This document shows, in pieces, positions 20,381 through 30,768 of a DNA stretch of 35,158 bases; the first letter of the stretch is position 1, and every line of letters starts with the position of its first letter. The translations under genes were made by a program, and so were the position numbers. Source of the DNA: Amoeboaphelidium occidentale (taxonomy: Eukaryota); the NCBI GenBank assembly GCA_023515795.1, contig JALGPX010000121.1, forward strand, positions 1 through 35,158, given 5' to 3'. The notes below the pieces were generated by a model that did no database searches, was not told the DNA's origin, and saw only the letters and a program-made list of their open reading frames with translations.

Positions 20381-22322
20381 ATGGACCCTAACTCGTTTGC
20401 AAACATTACGGAGTTCAGGACAGTGCACTTACACTTGAACATTCAGGATGTTTCTTTTGATAAGAGCTCATTATCAGCTGTTGCAGATTTGCTTTTCTTA
20501 AAGTGCAACTCAGGTGAGCTCTTAAAGAAAGTTGTCTTGGACACCAGAAATTTGGTCATAAAGAATTGTTACTACTCTGTACTTAAAGAAGATTTAAAAG
20601 ATGTTCAGTCCATTAGAAAAATGTTGCCTCAACTACCATTGGAAGCCAAATGGTCTAAAATTGAATATTCTTTAGGAAAGGAGCATCCTGCTTTTGGCAA
20701 AGCATTGGAGCTCAACCTTCCGTCTGAACAAGGCAAGGGATCATTATTCTGGCTTAGGATCGAGTATGATACTACTCCGGAATCAATGGCTCTGCAGTGG
20801 TTGAAGGCGGAACAAACAGCTGGCAAGAAATATCCTTATTTATTTACACAGTGTCAAGCGATTCATGCTCGCTCTTTGGTGCCTTGTCAGGATTCTCCTT
20901 CGGTTAAATTTACGTATACAGGTGAGATCTGCGTTGAAAAGCCTTTGGTTGCTCTGATGTCTGCCTTGTCCAAGGGAACCAAAGATACTGGGGAGTCCCA
21001 AGTTTACATGTTTGAACAGAAAGTCCCTATTCCTTCTTATTTGTTGGCACTCGCTGTTGGAGAGCTTGAATGTCGCTCATTGGGAAAGAGATCATTCGTT
21101 TGGTGTGAACCTGCTACTCTCCAAGCTGCGGAGTATGAGTTTCAAGACACAGAGAAATTTTTGGAAATTGCAGAATCCGTAGTGTCTCCATATTCTTGGT
21201 CAAATTGTACTCTTTTGCTGGCACCTCCAAGTTATCCTTATGGCGGTATGGAAAATCCTAATTTAATCTTGCTGACTCCGACTTTAATTGCAGGAGATCG
21301 TAGTCTTGTCGATGTTGTTGCGCATGAGATTGCTCATTCATGGGCTGGTAATCTTGTTACAAACGAGAATTGGCAGCATTTTTGGCTAAACGAAGGGTTT
21401 TGTGTCTACATCGAGCGCAGGATTGTTGGAAAGTTGCATGGTGAAGATGTTCGTCAATTCAAGTCTATCCTAGGATGGAAGGCCTTGGAAGAGAGTGTTA
21501 GTCTATTTGGAGAAAGCAGTCCACTTACTTGTTTGATCCAGAATTTGGAGAATGTTGATCCTGATGATGCATTTAGCTCTGTACCTTATGAAAAAGGATT
21601 CAATTTCCTGTATCACTTGGAAAAGTTGCTTGGTTTAGATTATTTTGACGGATGGCTTAGAGCGCATTTCTCACACTTTGAGTTTAAATCTCTTGATACC
21701 TATCAGTTCAAAGATTTCTTGCTGTCTTACTTTAAGAAGAATCATCCAGAGAAGTACAAGCTACTTGAAACGTTCGATTTTGATTCTTGGTTGAAGAAAC
21801 CTGGTATGCCGCCAGTTCAGATGCCGTTTAGAACGCCATTGGATGACGAATGTAAACAAGTTGCAGATTCATGGGATAAAATTAGGGACCAGGCATCCGA
21901 AAATGCGATCAGTGCCGTAGATTTCAACAAGCTACGAGTTGAACAGAAAATGGTTGTATTAGACAAATTGTATGACAAGCCAGTTTTCCCGCATGCCGTT
22001 TTGGATCATATGGATCAACTGTATAGCTTTGATGACTACAAGAATGCAGAGATAAAATTCAGATGGTTCAGGTTATGTCTAAAAGCAAAGTATACGAAAT
22101 GTATAACGAAGGCTGTTGAACTGATTACTTCAACTGGAAGAATGAAATTCGTGCGTGTGATTTATAGGTAAGCATTCGGCGCGAGTAGCATTTACATTTA
22201 GGCATCTCGCATCGTTCCCAGAAGGCAAGACTGTTGCTATTGAAACTTTCAAGAAGCACAAGAACTTCTACCATCCCATTTGTTCTTCAATGGTATCAAA
22301 AGATCTCGGTTTGTCAAAGTGA
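20381..22322 (+). CDS. LAP2: Leukotriene A4 hydrolase / M1 aminopeptidase; intron 22168-22201
   Basis: [31 protein letters not shown]...WLNEG, VPYEKG and GRMKFVR. Last exon ...[16 protein letters not shown]. Confidence 0.95.
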
Positions 22323-22506
22323 GGATAAAACAGAAGATATTAATATCATTGTTTAAATCAAAACAGAATCTTCAATTTAAAATGGCAATAATAAACGATG
22401 ATTTATGCTTGTTAAAAGACAAGATTGTACCATTACGCTCTAGAATGGATAGTTGATTGGATCGAGGGTAATGGAAGAACAAAGGAGAATCTGAAACAAA
22501 GCCTAA

Positions 22507-22767
22507 TCTTTATTATTCATGAAAATACTGCTAACATCGGCTATTGTGCTGTTACAATTAAGCGCACACGTCGATGGTCAGTTCTTTGATATCTTCACCG
22601 GTAAATTCCAAAATGGAGCTGTTACAGATCAGAAGGCGCCAGGAAACATTAACGCTGCGCCCGCTCCAGTTATACCGGCAAACACGCAGCCACTTAATGA
22701 TGTGCAATTGGCTCAGGTTGACACACCTTCAAGTCAGATACCAACTCCTACTCCAACAGGCAAAAAG
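22507..22767 (+). repeat. Allelic duplicate of the 5' part of the 22781 gene, cut at N 22768
   Basis: Matches 22769-23029 with 12 coding differences in 249 nt and ends exactly at an N. Confidence 0.85.
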
Positions 22768-22780
22768 NTCTTTATTGTTC

Positions 22781-24256
22781 ATGAAAATACTACTAACATC
22801 GGCTATTGTGCTGTTACAATTAAGCGCACACGTCGATGGTCAGTTCTTTGATATCTTCACCGGTAAATTCCAAAATGGAGGTGTTACAAACCAGAAGGCC
22901 CCAGGAAACATTAACGCTGCACCCGCTCCGGCTATACCGGCAAACACACAGCCACTTAATGATGTACAATTGGCTCAGGTTGACACACCATCAAGTCAGA
23001 CACCAACTCCTACTCCAACAGGCAAAAAGAAGTCAAAGAAAAAAAAGGCTACTGGCGCTAAGAAACGAAAGAAGAAGAAAGCCGGAGGTGGCGGAGTAGG
23101 CAAGAAAAAAGGAGGTGGTAAGAAGGGAGGTGGCAAGAAGGGTGGCGGTAAAAAGGGTGGAGGCAAGAAAGGCGGCGGCGGCGGCAAAAAAGATGATGAC
23201 AAGAAGGAAGATGATAAGAAGGACGACGATAAAAAAGAAGACGAGAAAGAAGACGAAAAGGACGATAAAGATGATGATGAAAAAGACGACGAAAAAGACG
23301 ATGGGAAAGATGACGATAAATCTGATGGAAAAGAAGATGGCAAAGACGACGGAAAGAGCTCTGATGCCAAGGAAGCCCAGGGTCCTGATAGTAAGAGCGA
23401 TAACGCAAACGGCAATGATAAAAGTAGCGACAATTCCAGTGGAGGCAAGTCTGACTCGTCACCTCAAGGTCAGGGGAATGGCCAAGGTAACGGTCAAGGA
23501 AATGGCCAAGCTAACGGTCAGGGGAATGGCCAAGGTAACGGTCAAGGAGCCGGTCAAGGAGCTGGGCAAGGTAGCGGCCAGGGGACTGGTCAGGGAGCTG
23601 GTCAAGGAGGAAATCAAGGCGCTGGCCAACCAGGTGGTACAGGAGCCGCTCCAGGAGCAGGTACTGGACAGGCCGCAGGGACTGGAGGAGCACCTGCCGC
23701 AGGAGGAGTTGGCGGGGCGCCAGCAGGAGGGGCCGCAGGAACTCCAGCCGGAGGAGTAGGAGGAGTAGGTGCTGCAGGTGTGCCAGCAGGAGGAGTCGGA
23801 GGAGTAGGTGCCGCAGGAGCTCCAGCCGGAGGAGTAGGCGCAGGAGCAGTCGGAGGTGCCGGAGTTGGTGGAGTAGCGGCTGGAGGAGTACCTGCAGGAG
23901 GAGTTGGAGGAATAGCGGCTGGCGGAGTTCCTGCTGGAGGAGTTGGAGGAATAGCGGCGGGAGGAGTTCAAGCCGCAGGAGTCGGTGCAGGCCAAGGCGC
24001 CGTAGCTCAAACCGAAATGCAGGAAGTCACTCAAATATCTGATGGTCGTGATCAATCTGGTTCCTCGACTTTCGATCGATCTGACGGCGACTCGCTGTCT
24101 GCTGAGAATTCTGGCTTGGGCGAAGGAGGAGTTGACGGCGATTTCGGCGGTGGTGGTGGAGACTTCGGCGGTGGTGGCGACTTTGGCGGTGGAGGCGGAG
24201 ACTTCGGTGGAGGCGGAGACGGAGGAGGAGGTGATGGAGGTGGCGGCGGCGACTAG
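22781..24256 (+). CDS. Secreted low-complexity block protein A (Pro/Thr, Lys/Gly, Lys/Asp, GQG, Gly/Ala/Val, GGGGDF blocks)
   Basis: Signal peptide MKILLTSAIVLLQLSAHVDG. Open frame with synonymous variation across repeats. Most allelic differences are synonymous. Confidence 0.85.
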   Translation: MKILLTSAIVLLQLSAHVDGQFFDIFTGKFQNGGVTNQKAPGNINAAPAPAIPANTQPLNDVQLAQVDTPSSQTPTPTPTGKKKSKKKKATGAKKRKKKKAGGGGVGKKKGGGKKGGGKKGGGKKGGGKKGGGGGKKDDDKKEDDKKDDDKKEDEKEDEKDDKDDDEKDDEKDDGKDDDKSDGKEDGKDDGKSSDAKEAQGPDSKSDNANGNDKSSDNSSGGKSDSSPQGQGNGQGNGQGNGQANGQGNGQGNGQGAGQGAGQGSGQGTGQGAGQGGNQGAGQPGGTGAAPGAGTGQAAGTGGAPAAGGVGGAPAGGAAGTPAGGVGGVGAAGVPAGGVGGVGAAGAPAGGVGAGAVGGAGVGGVAAGGVPAGGVGGIAAGGVPAGGVGGIAAGGVQAAGVGAGQGAVAQTEMQEVTQISDGRDQSGSSTFDRSDGDSLSAENSGLGEGGVDGDFGGGGGDFGGGGDFGGGGGDFGGGGDGGGGDGGGGGD

Positions 24257-24820
24257 TCGTGGAGTTCCATCTGCGTCATTGCTCTACTTAATAGCGAAAG
24301 CTCAAGTCTAACCTGATACGTACATTTGATTCAACAGGCTCGAATTTCTCACGCTAGGACGAGTTGCTTGAATTAAATAAAGCAAATCATCTATAAAACA
24401 GAAAATATTCACGAAGGCCGGTTAACATCTTTTGGCTATGCGATCTGTTACGCAGGCTTTTTCTTTTTGAAACGAAAATGAATATCCAACTGTCAAACCG
24501 CTTATGCCACTGCAGAGATAATCGAAACTTCAAGGTGTTTCTTGATATCAAGGAAATTAAATGCAGATTTAAATTGGTAGTAACGAATAATTGGGTTACT
24601 AGCTATCTTCACAAGTAGATTAAATCGTGAAAATAACTGGTAATTTTTACACCGCGTCATTCTTTCATACATGTTTGAAGTAAACGTTGGATTAGACGGA
24701 TGCATCAACTGACAATACATGCGAAACAGTTTGGTTTGGATTGTGAAACACAGTCGTGATCCGATCCAATAAGAACGGAATCAGAGTATTTATGGATAGA
24801 GGGATGTTATTTTCTTTCTA

Positions 24821-26227
24821 ATGCGACTTTTATGTATTATTTTCATTGTCCTCTTACATTGCAGCATTACGGTTGATGGACAGTTTCTTGATTTCTTTGG
24901 TGGAGGATCTGGGAACAATAATTCGCCTTCAAACAGGGTACGGAATGTACGATCGCGACCGTCCGTGCTTCCACCGGCAAAATTTTCAGCATTAGCGAAA
25001 AACAGAGACAAGATAAAGCCTACACCGTCTCCTCGGCCATCAGCTACGAAACCAAAAGCGAGCAAAGGTTCAAACAAAAGAAAGAAGGCAAACAAGGGTA
25101 AAAAGGCAAAGGAAGCGAAAAAGGCCAAAGAAGCAAAAGGAGGTGGCGGTGGACCAAAGAAAAAGGGAGGAGGTGGTGGTGGTGCTCCGAAGAAGAAGGA
25201 TGCTGGTGGAGGACCAAAAAAGAAAGGCGGCGGCGGAGGTCCCAAGAAGAAGGGTGGTGGCGGTGGTGGTAAAGGTGGGCCCAAAAAAGACGACAAGAAA
25301 GACGACAAGAAAGACGACAAGAAAGATGACAAGAAAGACGATGACAAGAAGGATGATAAAAAGGATGACGACAAGAAAGACGATGACAAGAAGGATGACG
25401 ATAAGAAGGACGATGACAAGAAGGATGACGATAAGAAAGATGACGATAAGAAGGACGATGACAAGAAGGATGATGATAAAGACGATAAGGATGATAAAGA
25501 TGATAAAGATGACAAGGACGATAAAGATGATAAGGATGACAAAAATGATGATAAAGATGATAAGGATGACAAAAATGATGATAAAGATGATAAGGATGAC
25601 AAAGATGATGATAAAGATGACAAAGACGATGATAAGGATGATGATAAAGATGACAAAGACGATGATAAAGATGATGATAAGGATGATGATAAAGACGATG
25701 ATAAGGATGACGATAAGGATGATGATAAAGACGAAGAAGATGAAGATGGTGAAAAAGATGATGATAAGGATGATGATAAAGATGACAAAGACGATGATAA
25801 GGATGACGATAAGGATGATGATAAAGACGATGATAAGGATGACGATAAGGATGATGATGATGACGAAGAAGATGAAGATGGTGAAAAAGATGATGATAAG
25901 GATGACGATGAGGATGACGACGATGATAAAGAAGATGATGATGACGGTGATAAGGACGATGACAATGAGGGCGAAGATGAGGCTGCAGAAGATGAAGCAG
26001 GCGGTGATAATAATGGTGGTGAAGACGGAAACGGAAACAATGATAACAATGGTGAAGGCGGTGAGCAAGCAGGCAATGAAGAGGGTGAGGGTGAAGAAGG
26101 TGGCGAAGAGGAAGAAGAGGAAGAAGAGGAGGAAGAAGATGATGAGGGAGAAGAAGAAGACGATGATGGAGGAGATGATGATGACGGAGGTGACGACGGC
26201 GGTGATGATGGTGGCGGAGACTATTAG
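24821..26227 (+). CDS. Secreted low-complexity block protein B (Lys-rich to Asp/Glu-rich charge gradient)
   Basis: Signal peptide MRLLCIIFIVLLHCSITVDG. Shares VDG-QF(F/L)D(I/F)F with protein A. Blocks GGGPKKK, KKDD, KDD, KDDD, poly-E, ending GGGDY. Confidence 0.85.
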   Translation: MRLLCIIFIVLLHCSITVDGQFLDFFGGGSGNNNSPSNRVRNVRSRPSVLPPAKFSALAKNRDKIKPTPSPRPSATKPKASKGSNKRKKANKGKKAKEAKKAKEAKGGGGGPKKKGGGGGGAPKKKDAGGGPKKKGGGGGPKKKGGGGGGKGGPKKDDKKDDKKDDKKDDKKDDDKKDDKKDDDKKDDDKKDDDKKDDDKKDDDKKDDDKKDDDKKDDDKDDKDDKDDKDDKDDKDDKDDKNDDKDDKDDKNDDKDDKDDKDDDKDDKDDDKDDDKDDKDDDKDDDKDDDKDDDKDDDKDDDKDEEDEDGEKDDDKDDDKDDKDDDKDDDKDDDKDDDKDDDKDDDDDEEDEDGEKDDDKDDDEDDDDDKEDDDDGDKDDDNEGEDEAAEDEAGGDNNGGEDGNGNNDNNGEGGEQAGNEEGEGEEGGEEEEEEEEEEEDDEGEEEDDDGGDDDDGGDDGGDDGGGDY

Positions 26228-26261
26228 TTACAAAATCTTTATACCCTTGATGTTAATATAN

Positions 26262-26912
26262 AAAGAAGATGATGATGACGGTGATAAGGACGATGACAAT
26301 GAGGGCGAAGACGAGGCTGCAGAAGATGAAGCAGGCGGTGATAATAATGGTGGTGAAGACGGAAACGGAAACAATGATAACAATGGTGAAGGCGGTGAGC
26401 AAGCAGGCAATGAAGAGGGTGATGGTGAGGGCGAAGAAGGCGAAGAGGAAGAAGAGGAAGAAGAAGAGGAGGAAGAAGAGGAGGAAGAAGATGATGAGGG
26501 AGAAGAAGAAGACGATGATGGAGGAGATGATGATGACGGAGGTGACGACGNAGGATGACGATGAGGATGATGACGATGATAAAGAAGATGATGATGACGG
26601 TGATAAGGACGATGACAATGAGGGCGAAGATGAGGCTGCAGAAGATGAAGCAGGCGGTGATAATAATGGTGGTGAAGACGGAAACGGAAACAATGATAAC
26701 AATGGTGAAGGCGGTGAGCAAGCAGGCAATGAAGAGGGTGAGGGTGAAGAAGGTGGCGAAGAGGAAGAAGAGGAAGAAGAGGAGGAAGAAGATGATGAGG
26801 GAGAAGAAGAAGACGATGATGGAGGAGATGATGATGACGGAGGTGACGACGGCGGTGATGATGGTGGCGGAGACTATTAGTTACAAAATCTTTATACCCT
26901 TGATGTTAATAT
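26262..26912 (+). repeat. Two extra copies of the protein B 3' end joined by Ns (26261, 26551): allelic or assembly duplicates
   Basis: 26262-26550 has a longer Glu run (16 vs 11) and a DG insertion. 26552-26912 is nearly identical to ~25911-26260, including the 3' UTR. Confidence 0.8.
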
Positions 26913-26938
26913 AGAATCTTAAATTATTCAAAGAGTGG

Positions 26939-27513
26939 GAATACTTCAGCTCACATAGTCAAAACGTCAATTATTTGCATAGTAAAGATGCTTTGTATTT
27001 TTGGTGCAATAGGCTCAAAATTTAAACCATTAGCTTTGCACAGCATATCATTTTACTCAGTGTTTTGTCATCTCCGCTGCATGTATCATTGACACGCGCA
27101 TGATGATGTCGATTGATGAGTACCAGACACAAATACGGTTCCACATAATTGAATATCTCAAAATAATAGCACTGCTATGATAAGTTTCTTGTCGCATAAT
27201 AACGAACATGTTACCCTTGCGAAAANGAATACTTCAGCTCACATAGTCAAAACGTCAATTATTTGCATAGTAAAGATGCTTTGTATTTTTGGTGCAATAG
27301 GCTCAAAATTTTAAGCATGACCTTTGCGCAAAATATCATGCAACTCGGTGTTTTGTCATCTCGGCTGCATGTATCATTGAAACGCGCATGATGATGTCGA
27401 TTGATGAGTACTAGACACAAATACGGTTTCACATAATTGAATATCTCAAAATAATAGCACTGCTATGATAAGTTTCTTGTCGCATAATAACGAACATGTT
27501 ACCCTTGCGAAAA
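26939..27513. repeat. Allelic duplication of an intergenic region around N 27226 (26939-27225 vs 27227-27513)
   Basis: Two 287-nt copies with a local cluster of substitutions, separated by one N. Confidence 0.85.
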
Positions 27514-27546
27514 GCCTGATGCATTTCATCGTGTTGATTGACTGTT

Positions 27547-27735
27547 TCAACTGTTTCGATATGGGAATATCAGGTCTGCTTCCTCTTCTCAAGTCCATTC
27601 AAAAGCCGGTTCAACTGAAAGATTACAAAGGCCAGACATTCGCTGTTGATGCATATTCATGGCTGCATAAGGCAGCATACAGTTGTGCAACTGAATTATG
27701 TTTGGGAAGACCAACAAGACGATATGTTGATGTAT
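27547..27735 (+). repeat. Allelic duplicate of the EXO1 5' end before the N-gap at 27736-27756
   Basis: Matches 27757-27945 with 3 synonymous differences. Confidence 0.85.
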
Positions 27736-27770
27736 NNNNNNNNNNNNNNNNNNNNNTCAACTGTTTCGAT

Positions 27771-29288
27771 ATGGGAATATCAGGCCTGCTTCCTCTTCTC
27801 AAGTCCATTCAAAAGCCAGTTCAACTGAAAGATTACAAAGGCCAGACATTCGCTGTTGATGCATATTCTTGGCTGCATAAGGCAGCATACAGTTGTGCAA
27901 CTGAATTATGTTTGGGAAGACCAACAAGACGATATGTTGATGTATGCTTGAACAAGATAAAAATGATGAGAAGTTGTGGAGTAGAGCCTTATATTGTGTT
28001 TGATGGTTGTCCGTTACCAATGAAGGCTGGAACAGATGGAAGCAGAGCGAGGTTTGTGTGTTTTGCGACAATATGTTTACTTTAAACATGTAGGAGACGA
28101 GCGCAGCTTAAGAAAGACGGTGAAGCTGCTTATGCGTCTGGGCTCACGAAGAAAGCGAATGAATGTTTCCAACAATGTGTCGATGTGACACCGCAAATGG
28201 CTTTAGCTCTGATCAAAGACTTGCGATCACACAATGTTAAATACGTTGTTGCCCCATATGAAGCTGATGCACAGATGGCTTATCTTGAAAAAATTGGACT
28301 GGTTAATGGGATCATCACGGAAGATTCTGATTTATTAGTCTTTGGATGTAAAAGGGTTCTATTTAAACTCAACAATACAGGCGATGCAATGGAGATCAAC
28401 TCACAGGATTTAGAATCAAACAAAGAACTCAATTTTGCTGGATGGGATTTTGAAAAATTTCGAACAATGTGTATTTTTAGTGGGTGCGACTACTTGGAAA
28501 ATATTCCCGGTGTCGGTTTGAAAACAGCGTACAAAGAATTATCAAAGCATTCTTCGCTAGATAAGATGATCAAGTCTATGAAGATGGATAAAAATTGGCG
28601 CGATAAAGTTCCTGCTGATTATATGGAACGTTTTAAGAGAGCTGAAATGACTTTTGTACACCAACAAGTTTTTGATCCAAATACAAACTCTATCGTTTAC
28701 TTGAATGATCTTCCTGATGAACTTAAAGAAACTGACACTTCATTCTTGGGTAACATCTCGGACCCTGAATTCGCATTGGGATTATCAAAAGGGGAAATAT
28801 GTCCGTTGACCGGAGAAAAACTGCATGATTTTGAAAAGCAAGAACAAGAAAATGAGAACAAATCTTCCTCTGATTTCATGAATAATCAAATAGCACAGAA
28901 GCTAAAAAGCAATTCTAATTTACTGTCTAATTCTTCTATTGCTTCGACTGTATCTACTGGTTCACCCAAGAGGATCAAACTAAAACCTTTGGCATTCAAT
29001 GTTGGTTTCAATATGATACAAAACATTACACCGGCTGTTACTAAACCTCAGGTGAAGAGTCAAGCTACTGCGCTCCAACCAAAGCAAAATTCTATTTTGA
29101 AGTTTTTAACGTTTAAACAAAAATCACATGGTAATATCATAAAACAGAGTGAATCCGAGGTAAAAGAAGAGTCAGTGGTAAAAAGCAAATTCTTCATCAA
29201 GAAGACAGCCAAGCCAGCTGGAATTGTTTTTACGACGACTGAACACGAAGAATCTTTAACTGTAAAAAGGCAAAAGACTTCTCTTTGA
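27771..29288 (+). CDS. EXO1: Exonuclease 1 (XPG/Rad2 family); intron 28052-28093
   Basis: MGISGLLPLLK, AVDAYSWLHKA, VFDG, VAPYEADAQMAYL, TEDSDLLVFG and SGCDYL...GVGLKTA. C-terminal QNSILKFL (PIP-like) and KSKFF (Mlh1-binding MIP-box-like). Confidence 0.95.
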
Positions 29289-29439
29289 GAATTCACTTAA
29301 TAAATAATGGTCTATTTCACCAAATGTTTTAAAGATTTACGGAATGTCATGGAAGTTTTAGGGAAACTGAAAGCGCGGAATATCATGTGAAACAGCGACG
29401 GCCCACGAATTTCTTTCGACATCGTCATCGCGTAAGAAA

Positions 29440-30744
29440 ATGTTTAGATTTAGCAGGAATTCGAATTTACTGAAGATATCGAAAACTTTTGGATCCGCAA
29501 AGCCTCAGTTATCATCTTATAATGCGTCCTCGGAGTTACAGGAGGAACAGAATCAAAAGCACGCAAATCGTGTGTCCCTAGCAAATCAGTTCATCCCAAA
29601 TGATCGCGATATGAACAGTTTTCTATTTAAATTATGCAAAGAGTCGCCGCAGAATAGCAGCATGCTTACCGCTAAAAGATCAGCTCTCGTTGATGGTGCG
29701 TTATCGGATATGAGAAAGAGCAATCAAGTTTTGGATAAGTCGCTTTACCCTGTTCTGTTGAGATTCTTTGTTACAACTGGTAAATATTTGAAGGCTCTGG
29801 AATTATTCAAAGAGATGGAAGTTCTTAAAGTTGGGCACACGGTCGAGAGTTTGGTTTCGATGTTGATTTGTCACAAGAAGCTTGGTGATTACAAATCTTG
29901 TCTCAATGTTTACAACTTAGCAAAAATTCGATTCAAGAATTTAAACTACGGAAAGCATTTAGCGGAAAGAACGATGCTCTCTGTTTACGTCTCCTTAAAT
30001 GAATATGAATTGGCTAATCAACTGAAGAATGCGCTTCTATCACGTGTTACAGATGATGAAGGAGTTCGCAGAGTTTACATGAGTTACGCTGATGCATTTG
30101 TTGAATCTAAGAAGCCTGAGTTGTTTTTGAAGGCTATTGATGAATTCAAAGAGAAAGGTTATCAACTAAACACAGATTGTTACAATCACATACTCATTGA
30201 TTTGAGTAAGATGAGGCAATATCATTTACTACTAGACTTTCTTAAAGAATTTACCAGTAAACGCAAGCAATTCAGTGGCACAGTGAGATCAAATGGTATT
30301 GATCCTGAAGGAGATTTTTACAAGGCTGCGTTGGAAGTTAGAAATGAATCTTTGGCTCCGAGCACATTTTCTGACATTTTGTTCAATATCGCATCGGACA
30401 TCAAGAAAGCTTCTTCTGCTGAAGAAAGGCATGGATTATTAGCAACAGCTAGAATTGTGTTTGCAGAATACGAAGCACAAATATTGAAGCCTTATTCTCA
30501 GTTTATGGAAATCGCTGGAAAAATGAAGCAAGCAAGTATTGAAGCGATCTTTGAAAAAAAGGACTTGCAAGGTTTTGAATGGAAAGATAGAGGAGTTATT
30601 AATGTAAACAACGATAAAGTTGCAAATCTGCTCTTGCGAAGTGGCAACACGTTTGTGGCAATGAGTCGCGTGCTGGAGAATGCTGGTTTTATTGAAGAAG
30701 CAGCTAAAGTTGCTCAAGAATGCAAAAAATATCCTTTCAAGTAG
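29440..30744 (+). CDS. Mitochondrial pentatricopeptide-repeat (PPR)-like protein
   Basis: Presequence MFRFSRNS. PPR-like helices YPVLLRFFVTTGKYLKALELFKEMEVLKV and ...DEFKEKGYQLNTDCYNHIL. Confidence 0.7.
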   Translation: MFRFSRNSNLLKISKTFGSAKPQLSSYNASSELQEEQNQKHANRVSLANQFIPNDRDMNSFLFKLCKESPQNSSMLTAKRSALVDGALSDMRKSNQVLDKSLYPVLLRFFVTTGKYLKALELFKEMEVLKVGHTVESLVSMLICHKKLGDYKSCLNVYNLAKIRFKNLNYGKHLAERTMLSVYVSLNEYELANQLKNALLSRVTDDEGVRRVYMSYADAFVESKKPELFLKAIDEFKEKGYQLNTDCYNHILIDLSKMRQYHLLLDFLKEFTSKRKQFSGTVRSNGIDPEGDFYKAALEVRNESLAPSTFSDILFNIASDIKKASSAEERHGLLATARIVFAEYEAQILKPYSQFMEIAGKMKQASIEAIFEKKDLQGFEWKDRGVINVNNDKVANLLLRSGNTFVAMSRVLENAGFIEEAAKVAQECKKYPFK

Positions 30745-30768
30745 AAATTAAACAAAATTTATGATATA

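Noticed and set aside
22519..22851. Separate short secreted gene, or 560-aa fusion ORF from 22574
   Set aside because: Both cross the N at 22768 and arise from the allelic duplication.
24502..24720. 72-aa minus-strand ORF between the two repeat genes
   Set aside because: No recognisable features. It probably overlaps the promoter of protein B.
25280..25930. CRISPR-like or satellite array
   Set aside because: There is no repeat-spacer structure. It is a coding low-complexity tract in a eukaryotic gene.
22836..26914. Many long alternative-frame and antisense ORFs (poly-Ser, poly-Ile, Met/Thr/Arg-rich) over the repeat genes
   Set aside because: They are shadows of GAY/AAR/GGN repeats that lack stops in other frames. 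Only the signal-peptide frames show synonymous-type variation.
27465..28085. EXO1 with an internally duplicated N-terminus
   Set aside because: The duplicate flanks an N-gap and differs only at synonymous sites, so it is an assembly artifact.
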